A stretch of 64,000 nt of DNA from Octopus sinensis (GCF_006345805.1 NC_043001.1:98208001-98272000); one strand, 5' to 3'. Numbered from the stretch's first letter, positions 26,240-38,819 are shown. The notes: generated by a model not told the origin, from the sequence alone. A program made the numbers and translations.

Positions 26240-26500
26240 ATACATATATATATATAATATAATATAATATAAATAATATAATATAATATTATAATATAAT
26301 ATATATGTACATACATATACATGTATATATATGTATACAATACATATATATGTACATACATATACATATATATGTACATACATATACATACATACAAATA
26401 TATGTAGAATACATATACACACACAACAGATACACACACAACAGACACACACACACACACATAAACCACACATACATACACAGACACACACACAGCGAAC
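26105..26500. repeat. (TATC)n, (TA)n and (CA)n microsatellites
   Basis: Directly visible. Confidence 0.9.
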
Positions 26501-27859
26501 AAAAGTGAGTTGCGTGGGAGAGAGAGTCAGATCAATACAGTAGAGTGTAAACAGCCAATGAATTTAATGACGTTCGGACCGGTTGTACCGAGACCATCTC
26601 CGAAAAAAAGAGAGGCAAGGTTTAAGGTCACAGCAATTTGAAAACTATAATATCAAGTAAGGAAATTAAGATGTATGCTTGGTATAATAAAAGGAAAAAA
26701 AAATTGGCCAAAACAATGAAACTCGTAAGAGATAGAACGAAAAATTAATCGGAAAAAATTATCCGTCGTCACCTGTCACATTATGGTTTCTCATGTTTAA
26801 CATTTGTTACAAGGCGACGCTACATCGCAGTATCTGATATTAATATCTCTTACACGAAATATTACATATAATGTACTATTTGAATTTCTTTTCTCACACA
26901 TTTGATAACATCATATTATACATTGGGGAAATATGTTCAAGTTTTGGCAGACAACTTCGATATATCTCTCTGAAGTCACAGAACAATGGCGCACGTTTTA
27001 AATATCCAAAAGTACATAGATAGGAAAATAATCGACACCGTCAATCTTAGCAGATTGCTTGCTAGTAGATGAACACAGATCAAATCATAATCGTTCGATA
27101 TTGAAAATTAGCTTAACCACCTTCCCTGAAACACGTAAGACTAACTCATTGCGAGTACTCAATCTGCTAAATCTTCCTCGAATTACAACCTGCTGCTTAA
27201 CACTTTTGAGACACACGGTATTATGGTACGTGTAGCCAAAATAACCAGACTATTTTTTCTTTTGAGATACATCTACTGAATGATGATATCTGATTAGCAA
27301 TTACACTTCAAAACCAACCATTTACAACATTTGTTCCATCGGGACGATGGATCGGCCTCCAAATCCTTTCAGTTTGTATCAGTTGGGCCGATCAATCGGC
27401 CTGGGTATCCAAAGAGGGTTAAAGAAAGAGCATAATGCGGAAATATTTACAAGGTAGTTTAATCCTAGGTAAATCTAAAAAGATAAGTTGGTCAGGACCA
27501 CACCCATCTCCAAGAACACAAATAACTTATATAAATTTACTGAGACCTACACATTAACACAGGCACTCACCAAAGCTGAGGCACTGAGGCATGAAAGCAG
27601 CAGGGTTTGTTATACAAAATCCTAATTTCTTTACGATTAGCAAGCGCAATACCCTTTCCTGTTCAATACAGTGAAATAATAAAAACAGGTATACTGTATA
27701 AAATTATCCTCATAAATCTCATTAGAAACCCCTAACTGCGCTGAGTTCAATCCTGCTAAAGGCGCCCACAACGGAATAGAAACTATGTATCTACTGCTGA
27801 GTCAGTGCTTTTGTATGGCAGCAAAGAAGAGGTCACATGGATGCTGTGAATGGCAAAAT

Positions 27860-28130
27860 AACAAGCGCACGTGACTAATGAACATCTCTATTGCAACCTA
27901 TCAAAAGTGACCGACAAGACCAGAGAATGACATCGCCCCGCATCATGACATTGCATACGGTATCGGATAGAAGAAGACGTATCAAACTTGTTTTCTGGGA
28001 TCCACGGTATGGTACCAGCAAGAAGGACACAGAACTGGGTTCTACCCACGAATTGAAGGTGGTGATGATAGATCGAAACGCTTGGCAGAATAGCATTGTT
28101 TTTAAAACCCGAATGGGATCCTGATCATAA
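27860..28130 (+). mobile_element. RTE-clade LINE ORF C-terminal remnant
   Basis: KLVFWDPRYG...DTELGSTHELKVVMIDRNAW resembles the RTE C-terminal LLFWEP.HG...DTGL...EL...M.DR..W motif. Confidence 0.6.
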
Positions 28131-28209
28131 GTAAAACATGCATCCAACCAAATCTCCAAAACACGTCCATTTCTAGCCACAATAAGGCAAAATAATATCC
28201 AGTAACATA

Positions 28210-28443
28210 TATATTTCTTTACTACCCACAAGGGGCTAAACACAGAGGGGACAAACAAGGACAGACAAACGGATTAAGTCGATTATATCGACTCCAGTGC
28301 GTGACTGGTACTTAATTTATCGACCCCGAAAGGATGAAAGGCAAAGTCGACCTCGGCGGAATTTGAACTCAGAACGTAACGGCAGACGAAATACGGCTAC
28401 GCATTTTGCCCGGCGTGCTAACGTTTCTGCCAGCTCACCGCCT
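28210..28443 (-). mobile_element. SINE family B, full length, with perfect 17-bp TSD
   Basis: taatatccagtaacata at 28193-28209 and 28444-28460. Confidence 0.92.
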
Positions 28444-29159
28444 TAATATCCAGTAACATACAATGCACTCTTTTGTCTACAATAGAGAATATAGTATTTC
28501 CTCTAGAAGAATAGAATAAGCAAAGTAGTCTGTCGCAGACAGTTCATATCATACGTAATCCTAACTTATCTAACTATATAGCTTTCTCAAAATTGCTTTA
28601 CATGATGAGAGAAAATGCAGCATTCTCAGACTGAGTACAGACTATGATCCCAAGAGTACTCTGTTTGTGTTTCACATCGTATCATTCCACCCAAAAACTA
28701 ATTGTTTGTTATAGCCTATTCGATCAAAACTAACCGAGGAATATTTATTGAGAGTTACCTCCATTATAAGTGCGAGATAAAAGTTAAAGTTCTCGAGATA
28801 AAATGCCGGAAATTCATTGTGTATTTACTGATTGTCTTCAAACTTTCGGATCGTTAATGTTCTAGATGTTTATCAACGAAACAACTAGAGTGACGTAAGA
28901 TGCATTTATCTCAACATTATAACAACAAGCCTACTATTAAACCATTTACTATTAAGTTTTCTATTGTTCTATAACAGTTCCGAGCATATTTTATATCTCC
29001 TGTCTTATCGTGATGTAATTGTGAGTCGATTTTTCATTTGATTTTATGATTTTGCACTGAATATTTTGCACTGAATATTTGCGTTCTCAGGTGTTAATTC
29101 ATGTTTGATCAAATTTGAGTAATATTTTTTTGAGGTCATTGCTTACATAACTTACATAC

Positions 29160-29321
29160 AGCGTAGGAGTGGCTATGTGGTATGTAACTTCCTTACCAAC
29201 CACATGGTTCCGGGTTCAGTCCCACTGCGTGGCACCTTGGGCAAGTGTCTTCTACATTAGCCTCGGGCCGACCAGAGCCTTGTAAATGCATTTGGTAGAC
29301 GGAAACTGAAAGAAGCCCGTC

Positions 29322-29396
<75 letters not shown>

Positions 29397-29605
29397 GTGT
29401 GTATGTTTGTGTGTCTGTGTTTGTCCCCCAACATCGCTTGACAACCCATGCTGGTGTGTTTACGACCCGTAACCTAGCGGTTCGGTAAAAGAGACCGATA
29501 GAATAAGTACTAGGCTTACAAAGAATAAGTCCTTTGGTCGATTTTCTCGACTAAATGCGGTGCTTTAGCATGGCCACAGTCAAATGACTGAAACAAGTAA
29601 AAGAG
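29160..29605 (+). mobile_element. SINE family A, full length with expanded internal (TA)n
   Basis: gcgtaggagtggctatgtgg ... gaaacaagtaaaagag. Confidence 0.9.
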
Positions 29606-29659
29606 TATACATGCATATAAACGTATGTATGTGTATATATATATATATATATATAGGGA

Positions 29660-29835
29660 GACTTCATAAAAAAACAAAAGACGAAGTCAGGTGGTGTAGA
29701 CAACAAACAGATGTATTAGTATAACGCTCGAGAAGTGAAAAAGTCTTTAACGTTTCGAACCTACGCTCTTCCACAGAAAGGAACACAGAAGAAACAAGGA
29801 AAGAAAATAAAGAATGTGTAGTGGCTAGTGATCTA
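29660..29835 (-). mobile_element. PLE-like terminal fragment with a degenerate minimal hammerhead (29745-29780)
   Basis: Minus strand cttt-CTGTGGA-a-gagc-gtag-gttc-GAAAC-GTT-aaag: hammerhead geometry with the A6 core base mutated. Confidence 0.5.
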
Positions 29836-29999
29836 TCATGGAGAATATATGTATATATATATAATATATATATATTATATATATATATATATATATAGTT
29901 ATGCCGATGATACAACATTATCACAGGCAATAAAAAATCAAGATGACGTCGCAAGTAGGACCTGAATTCGATATACAAGTGAGCCGAAATAAACAGCAT

Positions 30000-30350
30000 G
30001 CATTAAAAGGCTGGGAAATTTCAAGCACTACACTATCTACTCACGAATGCACTACAGCTTGCATATGCAGGACCTGAAGGCACTACAATCTCAGAGTCAC
30101 AGGCAGTGAAAGACTTGGGGATCAGTTTGGGCAATGACGCATCATTTCATATGTACATAAGCAAGATGGCAGCAAAGTACAGACAGCTGGCAGAATGGAT
30201 ACTGAAGTCCTTCACGACAGGATACCAAGTAACTATGTTGACCCTGTGAAGAACCTTTGTCCTCAGCTTCCTGAACTACTGTTCCCAGTTATAGTCACCA
30301 TATAGTGCCAATTAACAGCGGAGCTTGAAGCAGTCCAGTGCTACTACGAA
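30000..30350 (+). mobile_element. CR1/Jockey-group LINE ORF2 fragment (post-RT region), decayed
   Basis: VKDLGISLGNDASFHMYISKMAAKYRQLAEWILKSF...TL*RTFVLSFLNYCSQL*SP matches the VKDLG...GWILRTF...LEYCSQLWSP motif. Confidence 0.75.
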
Positions 30351-30410
30351 TATATATATATATAATATATATAATATATATATATATATATATAATATAT
30401 ATATATATAT

Positions 30411-30626
30411 TGGTGGGGTGCTGTAAAGGTCCTCGATTGAAGGGTAACGCGAAAGGACTGATTGGAGTTCAAACCTTCTGAGTTTTTTTACAAGGCCTAG
30501 AAAAAATGAAGGGCTACTGCAATACGTGTGTGAATCTGAACAGGAAATATGTTAAATAAAATCATAATTAACTGATTCTCCTGTATTTTCTTTTACCCAA
30601 AACCAGGACATTTCAGCACCCCATCG
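30411..30626 (-). mobile_element. Mariner-derived MITE (about 215 bp) in TA context
   Basis: TIRs ggggtgctgtaaaggtcc / ggacatttcagcacccc. Confidence 0.8.
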
Positions 30627-30650
30627 TATATATAGGTATACATATAAGGG

Positions 30651-30696
<46 letters not shown>

Positions 30697-31379
30697 TGCA
30701 GTGAAGGCAACCGTCAGGACAAAGGTATCCAAGAATTTACATTAAAGTAAATCATTGGCTAAATATTATATGGAAAGTCCAGTGCAGAAGTATGTGGACA
30801 TTTTAGTTTTAACCATCAAGCAGTTTTTAACATAATCAAGTGGTGGATGAAAGAATTGCATAGTCCAGTGAAGAAATGATCATAGATTTATTTTCTGGAA
30901 TGGTAAAATCCTCAGAGGAATGATGTATACTCATTAAATATTAGCCTGAACTGTGAGAAAGGTTGCAAATTCTATAAATATGCCGCTATATTGCGTATGC
31001 ACTGCATTGAAAAACGTTGGATATAAATAAAGTGTTGAATATGAAGAGAGTGTTGGAAGAAAGAAATCAATAATAGCAAAGCTAATAAGCCAAAAAGGTT
31101 TAAGTTTTGCGACAAGGAACACGAGTATAGGTCATGAATATTATTATCTGCAAATGTAAATTCTACCAATTTTCCAGTTCAAGACAAATGTATGTGATGC
31201 AATGAAACTGAAACATGAAAGCTGGAGTGTTTGGAGAGGAAAGCTAAATATAGAGAAGTTGGAGATAAGGTGTAACGATGATTTGAAAAACAGATACAGA
31301 AGAATTCAGTTTTAGGCTAAACCATTTAAATGAACCAAATATGACATCTATCTGGAAAGTGTCTACTTTTTTTTCTCCC

Positions 31380-31431
<52 letters not shown>

Positions 31432-31463
31432 CACACACACACACACCACACACACACACACAC

Positions 31464-31505
<42 letters not shown>

Positions 31506-31594
31506 TTGTCTGTTTGTCTAACTATCTATCTATCTATCTGTCTGTCTGTCTGTTTATCTTTGTCTGCCTATCTGTATATATATATATATATATA

Positions 31595-31752
31595 ATACAA
31601 AATGGGACAAAACGCAAAACATCCGGACAACAAAGGGATACAAAAAGGGACAACAAAACATCCAGATACACGATACAAAAAGAACATTCGAAGCTTTCTA
31701 TCCTCAGTCAACAACCGAATCATCCTCGCAATTTCGGCTGATTAATCTTGAA
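31595..31752 (-). mobile_element. PLE-like dispersed repeat fragment (family of 5808-6040)
   Basis: Reverse complement of gattaatcagccgaaattgcgaggatg...ccggatgttttgcg. Confidence 0.6.
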
Positions 31753-31768
31753 TATATATATATATATA

Positions 31769-33056
31769 CGAGGGGCGTTCAATAAGTAATGCCCCTGACC
31801 CACTTCCCATAGCAGTAGAGCAACGAAACTTGGCACAGTTATTAGTCTTTTTCTACATAGGAACCACCCAGAGTTACGCATTTCTCCCCTCGTTTGATGC
31901 GGCTCTGGAGACCGTTTTGTAGAAGAACCCAGCTTGGTCCTCCAACCTCAACGTGACTTCAGAAATCAAGTCTGCATCATCTGGGAAACGCTTTCCTTTC
32001 AAAAACAACTTCATGATTGGGAAGAGGTGAAAATCAGAGGGTGCAAGGTCAGGAAAGTAGGGGGATGGGGAGGAGTTCATAGCCATACGCCTGTGCTTCT
32101 GATCTGGCGACAAGCGAGTTGTGGAGCGGAGCGTTGTCCTGCAGGAGGAGGATGCCTTTGCTGATCTTGCCCCGCCTCTTGATTTTGATAACTTCTCTTA
32201 ATTTCCTCAAAAGTGAAGCATAATAGGCTCCTGCAATTGTGGTACCCTTTTCCAGGAAATCTGTCATCACTACTCCGTCTTGGTCCCAGAAGACTGTGAG
32301 CATGACCTTGCCAGCGGAGGGCTGCACCCTTGCCTTCTTTGGAGGGGGTGAGTCACGGTGCTTCCACTGCATTGACTGGGCTTTGGTCTCTGGATCATCG
32401 TGATGGACCCAGGTTTCACCCTGTGTAATCAGTCTTTTGAAAAATCTTGACTCATCTTCTTGGCACATCTCCAAATCATCCTCGAGCACTCGACGCGTTC
32501 TTGCTTCTAGAAAGGCGTGAGCAACCTGAGAATCCCTCTGGCAGACACCTTTTGCATATGCAAATGGTCATGAATGATAGTTTCCACAGATCCGGTACTA
32601 ATCTTGACCTCATGGGCTATTTGGCGAATAATTATGCGTCGATCTTCCAAAATGGCAGCCTGAACTTGACGGACAGATGCCTCATGAATGGCAGAAGGGG
32701 GCGACCAGATCTGGGAGCTGTTTCCACAGAGTTCCGAACATGTTTGAATTCACGATGCCAGCGTTTTACAAGGTCATATGATGGGGCATCATCACCATAA
32801 GTTACTTTCATTTCATCAAAAGTCTCCCGTGGTGTGCGTCCTTTCAAATACAAAAACCGGATCACTGCTCTACACTCAACAGGCTCAATTTCACACTTGA
32901 CTCGGTTCAAACACCTGTAAATCAGAAACCACAATTAATTCAGAGCTGTAATTTGCTACTTACTCTATAGAGATATAAATGATTGCACATGCAAAATTTC
33001 AGCTAGATCAAACAATTGCAAGTGAGTCAGAGGCATTACTTATTGAACGTCCCTCG
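31769..33056 (-). mobile_element. Full-length (1288 bp) mariner transposon, inactive
   Basis: TIRs TA-cgaggggcgttcaataagtaatgcc / ggcattacttattgaacgtccctcg-TA, inserted in (TA)n. Confidence 0.95.
31830..32920 (-). pseudogene. Frameshifted mariner (DD34D-type) transposase
   Basis: ORF pieces: RAVIRFLYLKG...WHREFK...APRSGRP; ITQGETWVHH (first catalytic D replaced by G); LLQDNAP; YFPDLAPSDFHLF; split over at least three frames. Confidence 0.92.
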
Positions 33057-33199
33057 TATATATATATATGTCTATCTATCTATCTGTGTGTCAGTTTAAT
33101 TACTACTACCTACCTACTTACCTACCTACCAACCTACCTACTTACCGATCGACCGACCTACTTATCTATTTATCTATTCCAGAGTAGAGTCTGATAAGA

Positions 33200-33430
33200 A
33201 GGCCACTTTTTCCAAGAATATCGATCCTTGAGTCATAAACGAAATGCATCACAACGTTAGAGAGGATCTCACAAAAATCGAAACTCTCAAATGGGTTGTG
33301 CAAAGTCACGATCTTAATCTAATTATACATATTTTAGAACATCTTCAGAGAAGGCTTGAAAGCAAGATCACTGAAAATTACATGAACGATTAGGAAGATT
33401 AAAGAAGCTGAATGAAGCATTAACAGAAGA
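33200..33430 (+). mobile_element. Tc1 transposase C-terminal remnant
   Basis: IETLKWVVQSHDLNLIIHILEHLQRRL resembles the WPAQSPDLNPIEHLW motif. Confidence 0.55.
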
Positions 33431-34060
33431 GTAAATAACCATGGATTTAATCAAACCTAAGCGTGATCGCATGAAAGCTTTGATATTAATTAAAAGAGAG
33501 CCCACAAAATATTGAAACAAATTTCCATTCATTTTGGATAATATTTCATTGTTGTTACATATTTTAATTAACGTTGCATTATATTAACATGCACAGACAG
33601 CTACCGTAGACCTCTGCCCACACACGCACACATACACACACACACACATACAGACATGCCCACTCACATATACACAAATGCATGTATTCATGCATATACA
33701 TATATATGTGTGTGTGTGTGTGTGGTGTGTGTGTGTGTAAGTGCGTAATATACAGTCTAATGATGACTTACCTGGCCAAAACATCGAAGTCACTGTTAAT
33801 TATTATTACTAAATGATAATAAATTTGTACTTTACAAATGTATGAAGTAAACCTTGAGATTAATGTAAAATTATTTTCATTATGACTGAAAATAAAAACA
33901 AACATTAATTATACCAATACACCCACGTGCACGCTTGAACAATTGTGAAGAAGCCTTGACATGAAACCATCAGTTACCTTATTAACCCACAAATAAAGAA
34001 TATTTAACCACCAATGCGATATTGAGCACTCATTCCCACTGTTTTATATTAGTGTGTTTA

Positions 34061-34734
34061 CAGGGGATTTTGACTACACTTGACAGCTTCCATAAAAGAA
34101 AAGAAAACTATATTACATCCAAAAATAAAGTATTCTAAATGTTCAAAAAACTATCATCTAGATTAAGGCTGGAAGAAAACGGTTTACTCAAAGTAGCTGT
34201 CTTCAACTTTCCCCACAGCCTCAAGAGCGCTCCAAAACCTGGCGCATGCATTCTTCACTGTGTTTCTGAAATGATCTGCGAACACTTCATTGATGTTGGC
34301 CACCAGCTCGGCTTTGAAGCTGCAAAAGAACCGAATCCTGCTGCCATACATTTGGCCTCTCCAGCCAGAGTTTGAACACAGTCTCTAGCAGCTTCACACT
34401 GCTGTCTGAAATGAGATAATGACCCTATTCATCAGTCGCTTCATGGAATTCGAAGTGCGGACGCATTCAGAATCTCTGCCGTGTCGCTGGCTACAGTCAA
34501 CGGCTTCGTAGTTTCTGTTGCATCCGTCCTTATCACATCTTCCAAACTTTACCGTATAAAGTGAAGTTGGCATTTTGATACCCGGATGCAATAAGTTCTT
34601 CTCCAATATTCAGATGGCTTCCATGCCATCTAACTTTTTCTCAGTAACAACTTTACACTTTATGCTTTCCAACGACGTTGACTGTTACTGAAAAGAGGAA
34701 ATGTAGCATAAAAACATTTAGTCCGAACACCCTA
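34061..34734 (-). mobile_element. Internally deleted maT/DD37D-type Tc1-mariner element
   Basis: Minus-strand translation LLETVFKLWLERPNVWQQDS and VKNACARFWSALEAV...EDSYFE*; degenerate TIRs caggggattttgacta / tagtccgaacaccct with TA flanks. Confidence 0.7.
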
Positions 34735-34772
34735 TATATATATATACTTTATTAAAAAGCAGCAGAAATATC

Positions 34773-34824
34773 ACAAAAACTTTTACTCAGAGTTTCACGT
34801 TCCCGTTCATCGGACAGTTTTTGT
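34773..34824 (-). ncRNA. Type I hammerhead-like ribozyme (U4C core variant)
   Basis: acaaaaactgt-CCGATGA-acg(ggaa)cgt-GAAAC-tctga-GTA-aaagtttttgt; 11-bp stem I with one mismatch. Confidence 0.6.
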
Positions 34825-34925
34825 TCGACAATATTTCTGGTGTTTTTTTAATAAACCATATTACTCTATCTCTGGTATTCAAGTACTACTTTTCCACCTT
34901 GTTTCGCATTTATGTGCTTACTCCG

Positions 34926-34968
<43 letters not shown>

Positions 34969-34984
34969 TATATATATATATAAA

Positions 34985-35930
34985 TCTTTAGGTAAATATA
35001 TTCAATGAGAATATTATATACTGAATTTATATTGAATGCTCCATTGTATAAAAATATTAATACTATCAAAGTATTTATATATTTAATACGAGTTATAATT
35101 GAATTAAATTTAAAAATCTAAAATATCAATTGGTATCTTCCAATTATAAAAATAAAATATGAAAGAAATACAATGACCAGTTTATAGTTTTACAATTTCA
35201 TAGCTTCAAATATAATTCAAAATATAATTTGATTTTGTTTTATGAACTATATTTGGATTACCGGATAATATAATGAATTTTAAACAAAAATATGATGGAT
35301 TGCTACGGAAGAATTACCAAGACAAAAGTGTCATGGATTGCTACAGAGGAATTACTAAGAAGACATATGAATTTCAAGACTCTCATACTAAAGTATATAC
35401 AATTTTCACATTTCTAAACTAAATATATGAACTATACTGGAATACAAAATAATATGGCGGATTTTGAGTATGAATATTATGGATTATCGCAGTAGAATAA
35501 CCAAGGAAATATATATGGATTTAAAGACTCATCAAAAGTAGTAATTTTTAATTTTTATTTTACATTTCAAACAAACACCAGTTTACAAATTTACTTCATA
35601 TTTAAAACAAAAAATATCATTCGATATATTATACAATATTCATATTTTATATCTCTGAAGAGCAGAAGGGTTGTCTATAAATGCTTATCAATATAGGATT
35701 TCATTATAGGGACACCTCTTCTGCGAAACGATCGTAAGATGCTTACATAATTAATTCAAAACTTTTAAGCTATCAAATGTATTTTATACATTATATTTAT
35801 ATTTTTATATTTATTTATTCTTATATATTTTTAATACAATAATTTCTTTCACACGGGTATATTTTTATGATGAGTTTGGATATTAATTTCCTTATATTAA
35901 TAATAATGATAATAATATATTATCAAAAAA
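34985..35930 (+). mobile_element. AT-rich element of about 950 bp between (TA)n tracts, carrying a hammerhead; PLE pseudo-LTR or retrozyme-like
   Basis: Contains the hammerhead at 35650-35741 and internal atggattgctac(g/a)gaRgaattac repeats; bounded by TA runs. Confidence 0.45.
35650..35741 (+). ncRNA. Type I hammerhead ribozyme with long stem II and palindromic stem III
   Basis: tatct-CTGAAGA-gcagaaggg...cctcttctgc-GAAAC-gatc-GTA-agatg; intact core; predicted cleavage after 35736. Confidence 0.8.
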
Positions 35931-35977
<47 letters not shown>

Positions 35978-36099
35978 TTTATATGTTAAAGGCCATGGTA
36001 TATTTATATATGATCAAATATATGGAAGCGTGGTGTTATATAAAGTCGTTGACTCGAATTTGTTGTTTGTTTTGTGATTAATGTTTATACATACATACA

Positions 36100-36135
<36 letters not shown>

Positions 36136-36156
36136 TATGTATGTATGTATGTATGT

Positions 36157-36251
<95 letters not shown>

Positions 36252-36260
36252 ATATATATA

Positions 36261-36505
36261 TGGGGTTGGCCAAAAGACACGTGATAGTAAATCAAAGCCC
36301 ATTATCCCATTTAATCCCAAGATTAAGATTAAAACAGAGAATTATTTTATATGATACTTCGCTAATAAATAGACAAATGTTGAAACAAACGGTGACTTTA
36401 ACTTACAGTATTCAATTATTAAACAATTAGAATGAATAAATAAAATTGAATATTAAGTATTCATAGAATTTTGATTTAGTGTCGGATGACTTTTGGCCAA
36501 CACTG
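36261..36505. mobile_element. Tc1-like MITE in (TA)n
   Basis: Imperfect TIRs tggggttggccaaaagac / gacttttggccaacactg-TA. Confidence 0.7.
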
Positions 36506-36596
36506 TATATATATATATATATATAATATCGTATCTAATTACTTCATAAATTATTGGTTGTGTATTTATTTCTTGTTCTATTTCTGTAAATTGTAA

Positions 36597-36722
<126 letters not shown>

Positions 36723-36741
36723 AAGAAAAGAAGAAGAAGAA

Positions 36742-37259
36742 GTCAGGCGGCGGTTCTCATGGCTTCTGATCTTAACTGACTGGAAGTGTTATCACGTATA
36801 TTGTTTTGTCTTGGTATAAAAGATATTTTGGTATAAAAGATGGGCTACAGCAAATATTCTGCTCAATATCACAGATTTTCTTGTCAGTTGTTTGACTTTA
36901 ACCAGTTGAGCATGTCCCTTAGTGGCTGACGATATGTGCATGTCTGATCACGAGCCATGTGTTGAGAGGGATCATTTGGGGCTTGAATGATTCATTTCTG
37001 GAAACATGGGTGTTTCGTTCAACATCATTAAATAACCCTTAATCAGGGAGCTTTTGAGTGGGATGGGTTACCCGACCAGAAGAAAATTCTAACAGGTCAT
37101 GCGCTGTTTATCTTGTTATGAGATCACCATGTCGCGCACATATGGTTGTGATGCATGTGCCTGGTGTACCCTTATCAGACGGGTGGTCATGATGACTATA
37201 CTGAGTTTCGTATATTTTACCCCAGTGTCACTTTGATAGCATGCACTGCTCTCTCACTC

Positions 37260-37260
<1 letters not shown>
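36742..37260 (+). mobile_element. Non-coding (AAT)n-associated element of about 560 bp, copy 1
   Basis: Closely matches 38263-38819; ends ctctctcactc-(AAT)n. Confidence 0.75.
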
Positions 37261-37314
<54 letters not shown>

Positions 37315-37387
37315 GGATGAAGAAGAAGAAGAAGAAGAAGAAGAAGAAGAAGAAGAAGAAGAAGAAGAAGAAGAAGAAGAAGAAGAA

Positions 37388-37640
37388 GAATTTGGAGCAT
37401 GTGCACAATAAAGGTCGTGCCTATAATAACTGGTGTGTTGGGATCAGTAAGCCCATATGTAGACAAATGGCTGAAGGAGATTGAAATAGAATGCTCGGTG
37501 TTTGCCTCTTAGGGACACCAAGGATTATCAGGAGGGTTCTAAGCACTTGAAAGGCTGCTGAAAACGTGTGGATACCTAAGATTACAGGTAGTAACCCACT
37601 ACCCACATGAATCCTGCTAGGCATATGACCAAACCTAAAA
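37388..37640 (+). mobile_element. R4/Dong-clade LINE 3' end (family 2): endonuclease C-terminus, 3' UTR and A-rich tail
   Basis: RIWSMCTIKVVPIITGVLGSVSPYVDKWLKEIEI...CLLGTPRIIRRVLST*. Confidence 0.7.
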
Positions 37641-37711
37641 AAAAAATTAAAAAATAAATAAATAAAAAAAAAAATAATAATAATAATAATAAAGTTTGCT
37701 TAATAATAATA

Positions 37712-38165
37712 ATAAAGTTTGCTTATTGATCGACATGAGCATCCCCTGTGATCATAATATCTCGGCGAAAGAGTTTGACAAGCTCAGAAAATAAAAAGAC
37801 CTGCTCATTGAAATTGAGAAAATGTGGCATCTCAAGGCGGTTACAATACTAGTGATCGTAGGAGCACTAGGAATGATCAAGAAGGGAACCGAAAATTATA
37901 TGAGAATGATCCCTGGCTTACCATCCCTGCAAGAAGTGCAAAAGATTGTCTTAACTGATACATCACACGTATTGAGAAGAGCATTGTCGCTGTGAGAGCT
38001 GTTACTGCCCATGTATTTTAATTTAACCTTAAAAATTTTTTTTTTAAATGAACGAACTATTGAGTTTGGTTTAATGGCCTACCAATGTATACTATGAGTT
38101 TCTTTGCCCTAGGAGTCGGGAAGACACTCGGCAAGAAATGGAAGCAAATTTGAAAGAAGAAAGAA
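37712..38165 (+). mobile_element. R4/Dong-clade LINE 3' end (family 1): restriction-like endonuclease C-terminus and 3' UTR
   Basis: CLLIDMSIPCDHNISAKEFDKLRK*KDLLIEIEKMWHLKAVTILVIVGALGMIKKG...QKIVLTDTSHVLRRALSL*, followed by (AAT)n. Confidence 0.8.
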
Positions 38166-38198
38166 AAAATAATAATAATAATAATGAGGAGGAGGAGG

Positions 38199-38262
<64 letters not shown>

Positions 38263-38264
<2 letters not shown>

Positions 38265-38818
38265 GCCCTGATGCAGTACCAGGCAGTGGCTCTCATGGCT
38301 TCTGATCTTAACTGATTGGAAGTGCTATCATGTACATTGTTTTGTCTTGGTATAAAAGATGGGCTACAGCAAATATTCTGCTCAATACCACAGATTTGCT
38401 TGTCAGTTGTTTGACCTTAAGCAGTTGAGCATGTCCCTTAGTGGCTGACGATATGTGCATCTCTGATCACGAGCAGAAGTAGTGGGGGAGCATCATAGCC
38501 ATGTGTTGAGAGGGATTCTTTGGGGTTTGAATAATTCACCTCTGGAAACATGGGTGGTTCTTTCAACATCCTTAAACAACCCTTATTCAGAGACCTTTTG
38601 AGCGGGATGGGCTACTCAACCTGAAGAAAATTCTAACTGGGCCCCACCTGCAAGGTCATGTGCTGTTTATCTTGATATGAGATCACCATGTCACGCACAT
38701 ATGGTTGTGATGCATGTGCCTGGTGTACCTTTATCAGACGGGTAGTCATGATGGGTATATTGGGCTTCGTATATTTTACCCCAGTGTCACTTTGATGGCA
38801 TGCACTGCTCTCTCACTC

Positions 38819-38819
<1 letters not shown>
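38263..38819 (+). mobile_element. Non-coding (AAT)n-associated element of about 560 bp, copy 2
   Basis: atgccctgatgcagtaccaggcagtggctctc...ctctcactc with (AAT)n on both sides. Confidence 0.8.

Noticed and set aside
30930-31160. Possible hAT transposase remnant (IIAKLISQKGLSFATRNTSIG)
   Set aside because: Similarity too weak to call by eye; no TIRs identified.
31685-31712. CUGAGGA-ua-GAAAGCUUC minimal hammerhead-like string (also about 5908 and in the 616-bp units)
   Set aside because: No stem II, stem I does not pair, and the core is not conserved among the copies here.
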